DNA from: a virus | Virus record (IMG/VR): IMGVR_UViG_3300029760_000001 | DNA: 64,000 nucleotides | Direction: 5' to 3' (one strand) | Part shown: piece after piece, positions 29,716 to 38,769 of the stretch | How the letters are laid out: each line of letters begins with the position of its first letter | How positions within the stretch are numbered: position 1 is the stretch's first letter | Position numbers and translations under genes: made by a program | The notes under the pieces: model-generated | The model's database searches: none | The model's input: only the letters and a program-made list of their open reading frames with translations | What the model was told of the DNA's origin: nothing

Positions 29716-31955
29716 ATGTACAGGAATGGCTAGGACATGATAATCAATTAGGCATAGATATTTGGGAAAGAAAATATAGATATAATAATGAGTCATTTGA
29801 CGAATGGATCACCCGTGTTTCTGGCAAGAACATAGCAATAGCAGAATTAATAAAAGAGAAAAAGTTCTTATTTGGAGGTCGCATTCTTGCTAATAGAGGT
29901 CTTGAGAATAAAGGACGTAAAATTAGTCTCAGTAATTGCTATGTAATTGAACCACCGGAAGATAACATTGAAAGCATCTTTGATTGTGCTAAGAAACTGG
30001 CACGTACATATAGCTATGGTGGTGGATGTGGAGTTGATATTAGTAAGTTAGCTCCAAAAGGCGCGCGAGTAAATAATGCTGCTAAAGAAACAACCGGTTC
30101 TGTATCATTTATGGATCTTTATTCTATGGTTACTGGATTAATTGGACAAAACGGTCGAAGAGGGGCTTTAATGCTCAGTATTTCATGTGAGCATCCAGAT
30201 TTAGAAGAATTTATTGGTATAAAATCAGATCTCGATAGAGTTACAAAAGCGAATATTTCTATTAGAATTACAGATAAGTTTATGGCTGCTGTAAAGAATA
30301 GAACTCCATTTACTCTGTCATTCACAAGATTGGAAACAAAAGAAACGATTACTAAAGAAATAGATGCGTATGCAATGTTTCATAAAATGTGTGAAATGAA
30401 CTGGGATTATGCTGAACCTGGAATGCTTTTCTGGGACAGAATCAATAATTGGAACTTGCTTAGTTGTGATGATGAGTTCGAATATGCAGGAACAAATCCT
30501 TGCGCAGAAGAACCTTTGCCAGCGGGAGGTTCGTGCCTTCTTGGTAGTATCAACCTAGCTGAATTTGCATGTGATACAGGATTTGATTTTGAGAGCTTCA
30601 AGCATTGTGTCAAATCGTCTGTTATTGCATTAAATGAAGTATTAGATGAAGGACTTCCACTCCATCCATTAAAAGAACAAAGAGAATCTGTATATGATTG
30701 GAGACAGATTGGACTTGGAATCTTTGGTCTTGCCGATTTGCTTATTAAACTGGGAATTAAATATGGTAGTCCAGAAGCCATTGATTTATGTGACATGATT
30801 GGACATACTATGGCAGATATGGCGATTAAAACATCTGCTGTGTTAGCAAAAGAATATGGTGTATATCCTAAATATAAACCAGAAGCGGTAGAACAATCAG
30901 CGTTTTATAGTAAAAATGCATTAGGAGAAACAAAAGAATTAGTAGAATCATTTGGACTTAGAAACTCTCAGTTACTTACAATTGCACCAACTGGATCTCT
31001 TTCAACTATGATTGGTGTATCTGGTGGCATTGAACCTATTTTTGCAAACTACTATACAAGAAAAACAGAGTCTCTTAAAGGTCATGATGAATATTATAAA
31101 GTCTACACTCCAATTGTAAAAGAATATATGGATAAACATGAATTAAAAGATGATTCTGAATTACCAGATTACTTTGTAACTGCGCAGACACTGGATTATA
31201 AGAACAGAATCTATATGCAAAGTATTTGGCAGTCACACATTGATGCATCTATTAGTTCTACTGTTAATGTTCCAAATGATTTTACAGTTGAACAGGTTGA
31301 AGATTTATATATGACAGCGTGGGATGCAGGATTAAAAGGTGTAACTATCTTTAGAGACGGATGTAAACGTGCAGGTATTTTAACGACAACTATTAAAGAG
31401 AAAGATACAAAGCCAGCTGATGTCAAACCTCATACTTTAGAAAGAGGAATGATTATTAAAGCAGATGATAATTGCATTGGCAAGAAAAGGACACTTACAA
31501 CTGGATGTGGAACATTACATTGTGAAGCATTTTTTGATCCAGAAACCGGACAGCTTCTTGAAACATATTTCAGTAAAGGATCTTCCGGTGGTTGCCAGAA
31601 TTTTATGATTGGCTTATCCAGAGCTATTTCACTTGCTGCTAGAGGCGGAATTGATATTTATTCTATTGTCGATCAGCTTGCATCATCTGGAACTTGCCCG
31701 TCATATGCAGTGCGAAGAGCAACAAAACATGACACATCAAAAGGAAGCAGTTGTCCAGTTGCAATCGGAAATGCATTAATAGATATGTACAATGAAATGC
31801 AAAATGATCTATTTGATGATGGAGATGGTGATGAATTTATAGAAAGTACTAATAAACAGATAAATAAAGCTAAGTGTCCTCAATGTGGAGGAGAGTTAAT
31901 TTTTGAAGGTGGATGTAACACATGTAAATCATGTGGATGGAGTAAATGTGATTGA
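29712..31955 (+). CDS. nrdJ: Class II (adenosylcobalamin-dependent) ribonucleotide reductase NrdJ-like, with C-terminal Zn ribbon
   Basis: Thiyl-radical loop NPCAEEPLPAGGSCLLGSINL (NPCGE-type), 747 aa, C-terminal CPQCGG...CNTCKSCGW. Confidence 0.75.
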   Translation: MNVQEWLGHDNQLGIDIWERKYRYNNESFDEWITRVSGKNIAIAELIKEKKFLFGGRILANRGLENKGRKISLSNCYVIEPPEDNIESIFDCAKKLARTYSYGGGCGVDISKLAPKGARVNNAAKETTGSVSFMDLYSMVTGLIGQNGRRGALMLSISCEHPDLEEFIGIKSDLDRVTKANISIRITDKFMAAVKNRTPFTLSFTRLETKETITKEIDAYAMFHKMCEMNWDYAEPGMLFWDRINNWNLLSCDDEFEYAGTNPCAEEPLPAGGSCLLGSINLAEFACDTGFDFESFKHCVKSSVIALNEVLDEGLPLHPLKEQRESVYDWRQIGLGIFGLADLLIKLGIKYGSPEAIDLCDMIGHTMADMAIKTSAVLAKEYGVYPKYKPEAVEQSAFYSKNALGETKELVESFGLRNSQLLTIAPTGSLSTMIGVSGGIEPIFANYYTRKTESLKGHDEYYKVYTPIVKEYMDKHELKDDSELPDYFVTAQTLDYKNRIYMQSIWQSHIDASISSTVNVPNDFTVEQVEDLYMTAWDAGLKGVTIFRDGCKRAGILTTTIKEKDTKPADVKPHTLERGMIIKADDNCIGKKRTLTTGCGTLHCEAFFDPETGQLLETYFSKGSSGGCQNFMIGLSRAISLAARGGIDIYSIVDQLASSGTCPSYAVRRATKHDTSKGSSCPVAIGNALIDMYNEMQNDLFDDGDGDEFIESTNKQINKAKCPQCGGELIFEGGCNTCKSCGWSKCD

Positions 31956-32023
31956 TAAGCTATTATAGCTTTGATATAAAAATTTAATTAAACAAAACAC
32001 AGAGAAAAAGGAGAACTAAAAAC

Positions 32024-33004
32024 ATGGCAGAAATTACAATGAAATCAACAAAGGCAGAAATTATGGAAGCGTATAAGGCAGCAGTGGAGAAACTTGATAC
32101 AAGAGACCGAATGATTGATGATCCTGCAAAAGAAGCAGCGAAGGCTAAAAAGGTAGAAGTTATCGAATCTGCAGATAAAACAGCTAAAGAAGATATTTTT
32201 AATCCGGAGATTATCAAGAAGTACAATGATCTTACAGAAGCAATTACAATGAAGCAGATTGAACTGGATGATCTTTATGGAATTGAAGCAAAAGCCAATG
32301 CTATGGCAGCTATGATCAATGCTTATAAAGAGAAAAATGAAGAATTAAAAGAGGCTCAGGCAGCGAAAGAAGCAGAGATTGAAGCTGAATTAGGAGAGAA
32401 AAAAGACACACTGAGAGCTGAAATTGAGTCGCTGAAGCAGCAGAAACAGGAAATTATTGATTCTATCAATGCAGAAGCTAAAGCAAGAGAAAATGAAATT
32501 AAATTAACTCGTAGTCGTGAGGAAGATGAATACACCTATAATCTGAAACGCAGTCGTAAAGCTGAAAATGATAAATGGGAAGATGAGAAAGCTGCTAGAG
32601 AAAAGATTTTGGAACTTAGAGAAACAGCGGCTCTTGAGAAAGAAACAGAACTGAATGCAAAAGCTGATCATGTAAAGGAATTAGAAGCAAAAGTAGAAGA
32701 GATTCCGACATTGATTGCAGCAGCAACAGAGGAAGGTATTAAAAAAGGTAAAGCCGATGCTGATAAATCAAATGCTTTTGAAGTTAGAGCACTTAAGAAA
32801 GATGCTGAATATCAGAAACAGCTTCTGGAAGATAAAAATGAAAGACTTGCAGAGGATCTGGCTAATGCGAGAGCAGAAAAAGTTGAATTACAGCAGAAAC
32901 TTGACGATGCATATGCTCAGATGAGAGAACTTGCTGCTAAGACTGTAGAATCTACCGGTGGAGTTAAAATTCTGAACGGTCAGACTCAGCAGAATAATAA
33001 ATGA
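32024..33004 (+). CDS. coiled-coil protein (A/E/K-rich)
   Basis: 326 aa with a heptad-rich, low-complexity helical composition. Upstream of the SPFH gene. Confidence 0.45.
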   Translation: MAEITMKSTKAEIMEAYKAAVEKLDTRDRMIDDPAKEAAKAKKVEVIESADKTAKEDIFNPEIIKKYNDLTEAITMKQIELDDLYGIEAKANAMAAMINAYKEKNEELKEAQAAKEAEIEAELGEKKDTLRAEIESLKQQKQEIIDSINAEAKARENEIKLTRSREEDEYTYNLKRSRKAENDKWEDEKAAREKILELRETAALEKETELNAKADHVKELEAKVEEIPTLIAAATEEGIKKGKADADKSNAFEVRALKKDAEYQKQLLEDKNERLAEDLANARAEKVELQQKLDDAYAQMRELAAKTVESTGGVKILNGQTQQNNK

Positions 33005-33059
33005 TAATTTAATTATACGGTATGCGTAAGAACACGCATACCGTAGTAAGGAGAATTAT

Positions 33060-33227
33060 ATGAATCCGGTATTTATATTTTTAGTATTAGTTGGAGCTGT
33101 AGTTTTATGGTTTCTATTATCTGCACTGTTTTATCCATTTGGGAGATTCTTACATAGAATCTGGAAAGATGCAGCAGATGAAATAAATAGAGAAGAAAAT
33201 AAAGAAAAAGATAAGGAGAATGAGTAA
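33060..33227 (+). CDS. small membrane protein (55 aa)
   Basis: MNPVFIFLVLVGAVVLWFLLSALFYPF... is one predicted TM helix. The stop overlaps the SPFH start. Confidence 0.35.
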   Translation: MNPVFIFLVLVGAVVLWFLLSALFYPFGRFLHRIWKDAADEINREENKEKDKENE

Positions 33228-34189
33228 TGAGAAAAGGATTTTTAGGTGGGGTTGGATTAGCAGTAATAATTGTAGCAGGATTAATTTGTGTAGCAAAGTG
33301 TACGGTAAGAGTTCCTGCTGGTTATGTAGCTGTAGAATACAAGATGAACGGCGGAATTTCAAATGATACTCTTCCACAGGGATGGCATTTGATTTCACCT
33401 ACAGTAAAAACATCACTGTATTCAATTGGTATTGAACAGTCTTATCTGACTTCAGAAGATAAAGGTGATTCACCAAAAGATGAGAGTTTTAAAACACCTA
33501 CTGCTGATGGAAAACAGCTTCTTGTTGATTTGGAATTCTCTTATAAGTTCGATCAGGATCAAGTTGCTGATGTATTTACAAGATTTAAAGGTCAGTCCGG
33601 TGAAAGTGTAAAAAATACTTTCATTAAACCAAAGATGAAAGCGTGGACACAGGAAGTAACTGCTAAGTATCCGGTAACAGATGTATTTGGTGATAAACGC
33701 CAGGAACTGAATGAAGCACTTGACAAATACTTGAAAAAGAAATTTGAGCCATATGGAATTATCATTGATACTGTAAACTTTACTTCGATTTCAACCGATG
33801 ATGAAACTCAGGCAGCTATTCAGAAGAAAGTAAATGCACAGCAGGAACTGGAACTTGCAAATATTGAAGCTAAGACTGCAAAGGTACAGGCAGATAAAGA
33901 TAAAGAAGTTGCTCTTATTGCAGCAGAACAGGATAAAGAAAAGGCCGCTATTGAGGCTGAACAGGCGAAGATCACTGCTGAAGGTAAAGCGGAAGCAACA
34001 AGAATTAAAGCGGATGCTGAAGCAGAAGCAAATAAAAAGATCGCTGAGTCACTTACTCCAGAACTTATTGAGAAACAGAAGATTGATAAGTGGAATGGTG
34101 ATGTGCCGAAGGTACAAGGTGGAAATGCTGCAACAATTGTTGATGCAGGTGATTTAACATCAGGAACAGCAAGTGTAAAAGGAGAATAA
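33227..34189 (+). CDS. SPFH/band-7 (prohibitin/HflK-like) domain membrane protein
   Basis: N-terminal TM helix, SPFH core (VRVPAGYVAVEYKMNGGI...), and a C-terminal A/E/K coiled coil. Confidence 0.65.
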   Translation: MRKGFLGGVGLAVIIVAGLICVAKCTVRVPAGYVAVEYKMNGGISNDTLPQGWHLISPTVKTSLYSIGIEQSYLTSEDKGDSPKDESFKTPTADGKQLLVDLEFSYKFDQDQVADVFTRFKGQSGESVKNTFIKPKMKAWTQEVTAKYPVTDVFGDKRQELNEALDKYLKKKFEPYGIIIDTVNFTSISTDDETQAAIQKKVNAQQELELANIEAKTAKVQADKDKEVALIAAEQDKEKAAIEAEQAKITAEGKAEATRIKADAEAEANKKIAESLTPELIEKQKIDKWNGDVPKVQGGNAATIVDAGDLTSGTASVKGE

Positions 34190-34190
34190 T

Positions 34191-34364
34191 ATGAGGGGAA
34201 TGTTACTTATTATTATGTCATTATTGGCATTAGCTTTCAGTTGGATCGTAACATGTGGAATTATAAAATTAATCACATTATGTTTCGGGGTCGCTTTCAG
34301 CTGGTTGATTGCTACAGGAATTTGGCTTGTAATCTTATTACTGAAATCAGTATTTGGGAAATAA
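34191..34364 (+). CDS. small two-TM membrane peptide (57 aa)
   Basis: MRGMLLIIMSLLALAFSWIVTCGIIKLITLCFGVAFSWLIATGIWLVILLL. Confidence 0.3.
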   Translation: MRGMLLIIMSLLALAFSWIVTCGIIKLITLCFGVAFSWLIATGIWLVILLLKSVFGK

Positions 34365-34367
34365 ACT

Positions 34368-34988
34368 ATGATTAGATGGAAAATAGAAAAATTTATTGTT
34401 GGCGATTATGTAAAATTAACCAATCTCCCTCAAGGTTACGAACGCCTTGAGGGAACTGAGGGAATCATCACGAACATTAATTGCGAATTATATACAGTAC
34501 ATAATTCTGATTCTATGATTTTTGAAGTAGAAAAACAATATTTGACGCATTTATATAAATCAGAAGAGGAGAATGGACAAATGGCAAAATTAACAGGATA
34601 TTATGCAGTAGCAGTAATTGAAGAAGTAACTTGTTGTTGTAAGAAAGACTATTATTATGCAGTCTTTGACGATGGCAATACATATAAAGCCGGAGACCAG
34701 GTTTTAGTAAGTGGTTGTAACAAAGATGTTCTGACAATTAAAGAAATTTTAACTGTGTCGGAAGCAGAAGTAAAATGCGCCAAGAATATTACTGCAGAAA
34801 TTATCTGTAGAGTTGATACATCTGCATATGACCAGCGTGTTGAAAATAGAAAGAAAGCTGAGAAGCTTAAAAAAGATATGGATGCAGTTATTAAGCAGAT
34901 GGATGTAACAAAGAAATATGAAATGTATGCGGCTGAGAATCCGGAACTGGCGACCTTGCTTGATCAGTATAAGGAGTTAACGAAATAA
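34368..34988 (+). CDS. hypothetical protein
   Basis: 206 aa ORF. Confidence 0.45.
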   Translation: MIRWKIEKFIVGDYVKLTNLPQGYERLEGTEGIITNINCELYTVHNSDSMIFEVEKQYLTHLYKSEEENGQMAKLTGYYAVAVIEEVTCCCKKDYYYAVFDDGNTYKAGDQVLVSGCNKDVLTIKEILTVSEAEVKCAKNITAEIICRVDTSAYDQRVENRKKAEKLKKDMDAVIKQMDVTKKYEMYAAENPELATLLDQYKELTK

Positions 34989-35142
34989 TGATTAAAACGA
35001 TATTAAAAAATATTGTGTTTTTCATTATCAGTGTGATATGCATGAGCATTGTTCTGAATAATGTTGTTCCGGGTGGTTATTGGCCTTCTGCAATATCATT
35101 ATTTATTTTAAGTGTTAACTACTTCATTTGGGGATCACGGAC

Positions 35143-35880
35143 ATGATTTGGGTAACTGGAGATACGCATGGGGATTGGATCCATAGAGTTAATATGGATT
35201 CTTTTCCCGAACAGCGTGAGATGTCGAAGGACGATTATGTGATAATTCTTGGAGATTTTGGGATATGGAGAGATTCACCGCAGCAAAGGTGGTACCTGAA
35301 TTGGCTTGAAGAGAAACATTTCACAACACTCTTTATTGACGGAAATCATGAGAATTACGATATATTAGATTCTTATCCGGTAGAAGAATGGCATGGTGGT
35401 AAGGTGCATTTTATTAAACCATCAGTAATTCATCTTATGAGAGGACAGGTATTTGATATAGACGATTTAAAATTCTTTACCTTTGGAGGGGCTGCAAGTC
35501 ATGATATTTCAGATGGAGTATTAGAGATTGACGATCCAAGAGTAAAGGAATGGAGGGATGATCCGGATAAAATGTACCGAATCAATCATATTTCATGGTG
35601 GGAACGAGAAATGCCAAATCAAGAAGAGATGGATGAGGGTATAAAGAATCTGGCAGAACATAATAATAAGGTAGATTTTATCTTAACACATTGTACAGCT
35701 TCTTCTACAGCAGCATTATTATCACATGGACTATATAAGCCGGATAAGTTAACAAATTATCTGGAAGAAATAAGGCGCAATGTTGATTATAAGCGTTGGT
35801 TGTGTGGACATTACCACGACAATAAAGCAATAACAATAAAAGATATAGTTATATATGAACAGATTGTGAGGATCGCATAA
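35143..35880 (+). CDS. Calcineurin-like metallophosphoesterase
   Basis: MIWVTGDTHGD, ILGDFG and IDGNHENYD motifs. The ATG at 35143 is preferred over the TTG at 35128. Confidence 0.65.
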   Translation: MIWVTGDTHGDWIHRVNMDSFPEQREMSKDDYVIILGDFGIWRDSPQQRWYLNWLEEKHFTTLFIDGNHENYDILDSYPVEEWHGGKVHFIKPSVIHLMRGQVFDIDDLKFFTFGGAASHDISDGVLEIDDPRVKEWRDDPDKMYRINHISWWEREMPNQEEMDEGIKNLAEHNNKVDFILTHCTASSTAALLSHGLYKPDKLTNYLEEIRRNVDYKRWLCGHYHDNKAITIKDIVIYEQIVRIA

Positions 35881-36338
35881 TGGTAGATATATCAGAACTT
35901 ACAGAAAGTGTTAAGGGTTACATTGAAGGATTGCAAGCTGTATTACAAAGAAAATATCAAATTTCAGAAGAGAAGGCTTTAAATATGATTACTTCTTCTT
36001 ATATTATGGATTCTCTTATAGATTACCCAGAAGAGACGTTACATGATGATATTGAAGCACATGCAGATAATATATATGAAGACCAAGTATCAAAAACAGA
36101 ACGGTTATTGTTAGAGGCCGGATACGAGGGAACGATATTTTTTACAAATCCATCTTATGAAGATGCGTTTCTTGGTATTTCTTCTGATGATAGAGCAATA
36201 TATGATTACGAAAAAATGGTTGAATCTTTAGTTAACAATGAGGATATGACAGAAGATGAGGCTAGAGAATTTATAGATTACAATGCGACGTTCTATATTG
36301 AAGGTGGACCAATTATTTTGTATAGACTGGAGGAATAG
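35880..36338 (+). CDS. hypothetical acidic protein
   Basis: 152 aa ORF. Confidence 0.4.
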   Translation: MVDISELTESVKGYIEGLQAVLQRKYQISEEKALNMITSSYIMDSLIDYPEETLHDDIEAHADNIYEDQVSKTERLLLEAGYEGTIFFTNPSYEDAFLGISSDDRAIYDYEKMVESLVNNEDMTEDEAREFIDYNATFYIEGGPIILYRLEE

Positions 36339-36340
36339 TC

Positions 36341-36700
36341 ATGCCGGAACGTAACAGAGGATATTTGAGAGAACAAAGGTTAAAAAGTATTAAAAAGAGA
36401 CGCAGATTAATTAAGGGCCAAAAATATTCCGGAAGATATCTTGGAGAATGGATTGATGAACCTGAATTTAAATCTGGTGTATTAGCAAAAGGTCATAATG
36501 GTTTGCTTGGTCGAGGTGGCACTGCAGTAAAAACTAATACTCGTAAAGGACATGCTTCATATCGACATAAAGGTGCTTATGGTCCGGCAGACAACTATTC
36601 AAAACATGATAAGCAGCAAGTTGAAGATGGATCACAGCAAATTAAAGAATGGGAGAACAGAGATGGAAAAAGAGAAAAAGAAAGTCTTGATTGTGATTGA
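36341..36700 (+). CDS. hypothetical basic protein
   Basis: 119 aa, R/K-rich. Confidence 0.35.
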   Translation: MPERNRGYLREQRLKSIKKRRRLIKGQKYSGRYLGEWIDEPEFKSGVLAKGHNGLLGRGGTAVKTNTRKGHASYRHKGAYGPADNYSKHDKQQVEDGSQQIKEWENRDGKREKESLDCD

Positions 36701-37217
36701 TGTACAGAATGATTTTGTAACCGGTTCACTTGGTACGCCGGAAGCTCAAGCTATTATTCCGAATGTAAAAAAGAAATTTGATGAATATAAGAATAATAAG
36801 AACTATGTAATTCTTACAAAGGATACTCATCATTCAGATTACGCAGATACTTCAGAGGGCAGAAAACTTCCTGAACATTGTATGTATGGTACTAAAGGTT
36901 GGGAAATTGTTGATGAACTTGATTATAAAAATCTCGATAGTTTTATGGTATGTTGTAAATCTACTTTTGGATTTGATGACTGGGATTGGGAAGAAACATT
37001 TGATATCGTATATGATTCTTCTTTATTAGATATTGAAATTATTGGCATATGCACAGATATCTGTGTTATTACGAACGCTCTTTTGATTAAAACTTATTAT
37101 CCAGAGGCAAAAATCACAGTTGATGCATCATGCTGCGCAGGATCAACACCGGAAAAGCATAAAGCGGCTCTTGATGTAATGGAAAGCTGCCAGATTAATG
37201 TAATCAATAGAAATTAA
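36663..37217 (+). CDS. pncA: Isochorismatase-family cysteine hydrolase, nicotinamidase (PncA)-like
   Basis: VLIVIDVQNDF (Asp), the K in ILTKDTHH, and the GICTDICV catalytic Cys form the nicotinamidase triad pattern. Confidence 0.65.
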   Translation: MEKEKKKVLIVIDVQNDFVTGSLGTPEAQAIIPNVKKKFDEYKNNKNYVILTKDTHHSDYADTSEGRKLPEHCMYGTKGWEIVDELDYKNLDSFMVCCKSTFGFDDWDWEETFDIVYDSSLLDIEIIGICTDICVITNALLIKTYYPEAKITVDASCCAGSTPEKHKAALDVMESCQINVINRN

Positions 37218-37225
37218 ATTAAACA

Positions 37226-37858
37226 ATGGAGGGAATTAAAATGATGAATAATTTTATGAATGGAATGTTTGGAAAAATTGGTAGTGGAATGTGCAAGTTA
37301 TCCATGAGCGGTAATATTGCAGTAAAAACTTCCAATGGATATAAGAGTTACAATGTTAAATCCGGAAAGCTCACAAACTGCGGTAATTTTGTATTTCCTG
37401 GAGTAGATGAGAACTTCTTCTTCGTCATTCCGACAAATAAGGTGGCTAAGGGAGACATCATCCTTGTAAATGGCAAACCTAAGTGCGTCATCGAAGCAGA
37501 TAAAACAAAGATCACTGTAATTAATTATGAGGACTCTACAGTTGAAACAATCCTGCCGGAACGTCATGTATTTATGGGCAATACTTATTTCTATGGAAAA
37601 ATTGTATCTATGTTCGGAAGTAATCTTGGAAAAGATAAGAATAGTGCAAATAAAATCTTTAAATATATGATGATGTCCCAGATGATGAATGGAGCGGCCG
37701 GTACCGGAACTGGAACAGACAGTAATCCAATGAGTGCTATGATGCCATTTATGATGATGAATGGTGGTATTGGTGATGTATTTGACGGTATGTTTGATTT
37801 TAGCATGGATGATACAGACACAGAAGATAGTGAAGATGATTTAGAGGAGGATGAATAA
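37226..37858 (+). CDS. hypothetical protein with Met-rich, acidic C-terminus
   Basis: 210 aa; C-terminus reads MMMSQMMNGAAGTGTGT...MMPFMMMNGG...DDTDTEDSEDDLEEDE. Confidence 0.4.
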   Translation: MEGIKMMNNFMNGMFGKIGSGMCKLSMSGNIAVKTSNGYKSYNVKSGKLTNCGNFVFPGVDENFFFVIPTNKVAKGDIILVNGKPKCVIEADKTKITVINYEDSTVETILPERHVFMGNTYFYGKIVSMFGSNLGKDKNSANKIFKYMMMSQMMNGAAGTGTGTDSNPMSAMMPFMMMNGGIGDVFDGMFDFSMDDTDTEDSEDDLEEDE

Positions 37859-37860
37859 TT

Positions 37861-38757
37861 ATGGGAAGCGGAAGTTGGACAACGGCAAGTTTTGTAAATT
37901 ATGCAACAACAAGAGGATATGACACTGATTCACGAGGAGTAGTCACAACAAACTATTCTAATCAGGAAATGTTTAAATCAAAAGAACTTGATTCATCACT
38001 CAATCCTAAAAATGTTGTAAGAGAATGTTGTGATAGTAAAGAACATCCAAATACAGTTCCAGTTATTTTAGCTTTAGATGTTACCGGATCTATGGGGCAG
38101 GCAGCTGTTGAAATATCTAAAAAACTTAATAATATTATGACGAAATTATATGAACAAGTTGAAGATATTGAATTTATGGTAATGGGTATTGGCGATTTGT
38201 CATATGATAGGTTTCCAATACAGGCATCTCAGTTTGAATCCGATATTCGAATTGCAGAACAGCTTGAGAAAGTTTATTTTGAGTTTGGTGGTGGTGGTAA
38301 TTCTTATGAATCTTACACTGCTGCATGGTATTTTGGTGCCAGACATACAAAGCTTGATTGTTGGAATAGAGGTAAAAAAGGAATAATTATCACAATTGGT
38401 GATGAGAGACTTAATCCTTATCTTCCAAGGACAGCATATTATTGTGGCTTATTAAATGCTACAGGAGATTCACTTCAGGCTGATGTAGAAACAAAAGACT
38501 TGTATACAGAAACTGCTGAGAAATTTGATATCTATCATATTAATGTAAATCATCGTGGTGGGTATGACCAAGAGCAAATTAAAAAATCATTTTTAGAATA
38601 TCTTGATGATAAGCATTTTTGTACAATTAATAAACTTGATGATATTACAGATACAATTGTAGAAATTATTACTTCTGCAAATGAAAGCAACAACATCCCA
38701 GAAGTAACACCATTAGTTCAGGCAGAGACAGATGAATCAGGAGCTATTGTTTGGTAA
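37861..38757 (+). CDS. von Willebrand factor A (vWA) domain protein
   Basis: MIDAS-like ILALDVTGSMG (DxSxS) at the start of a ~200 aa alpha/beta domain. Confidence 0.5.
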   Translation: MGSGSWTTASFVNYATTRGYDTDSRGVVTTNYSNQEMFKSKELDSSLNPKNVVRECCDSKEHPNTVPVILALDVTGSMGQAAVEISKKLNNIMTKLYEQVEDIEFMVMGIGDLSYDRFPIQASQFESDIRIAEQLEKVYFEFGGGGNSYESYTAAWYFGARHTKLDCWNRGKKGIIITIGDERLNPYLPRTAYYCGLLNATGDSLQADVETKDLYTETAEKFDIYHINVNHRGGYDQEQIKKSFLEYLDDKHFCTINKLDDITDTIVEIITSANESNNIPEVTPLVQAETDESGAIVW

Positions 38758-38769
38758 GGAGAATAACTT

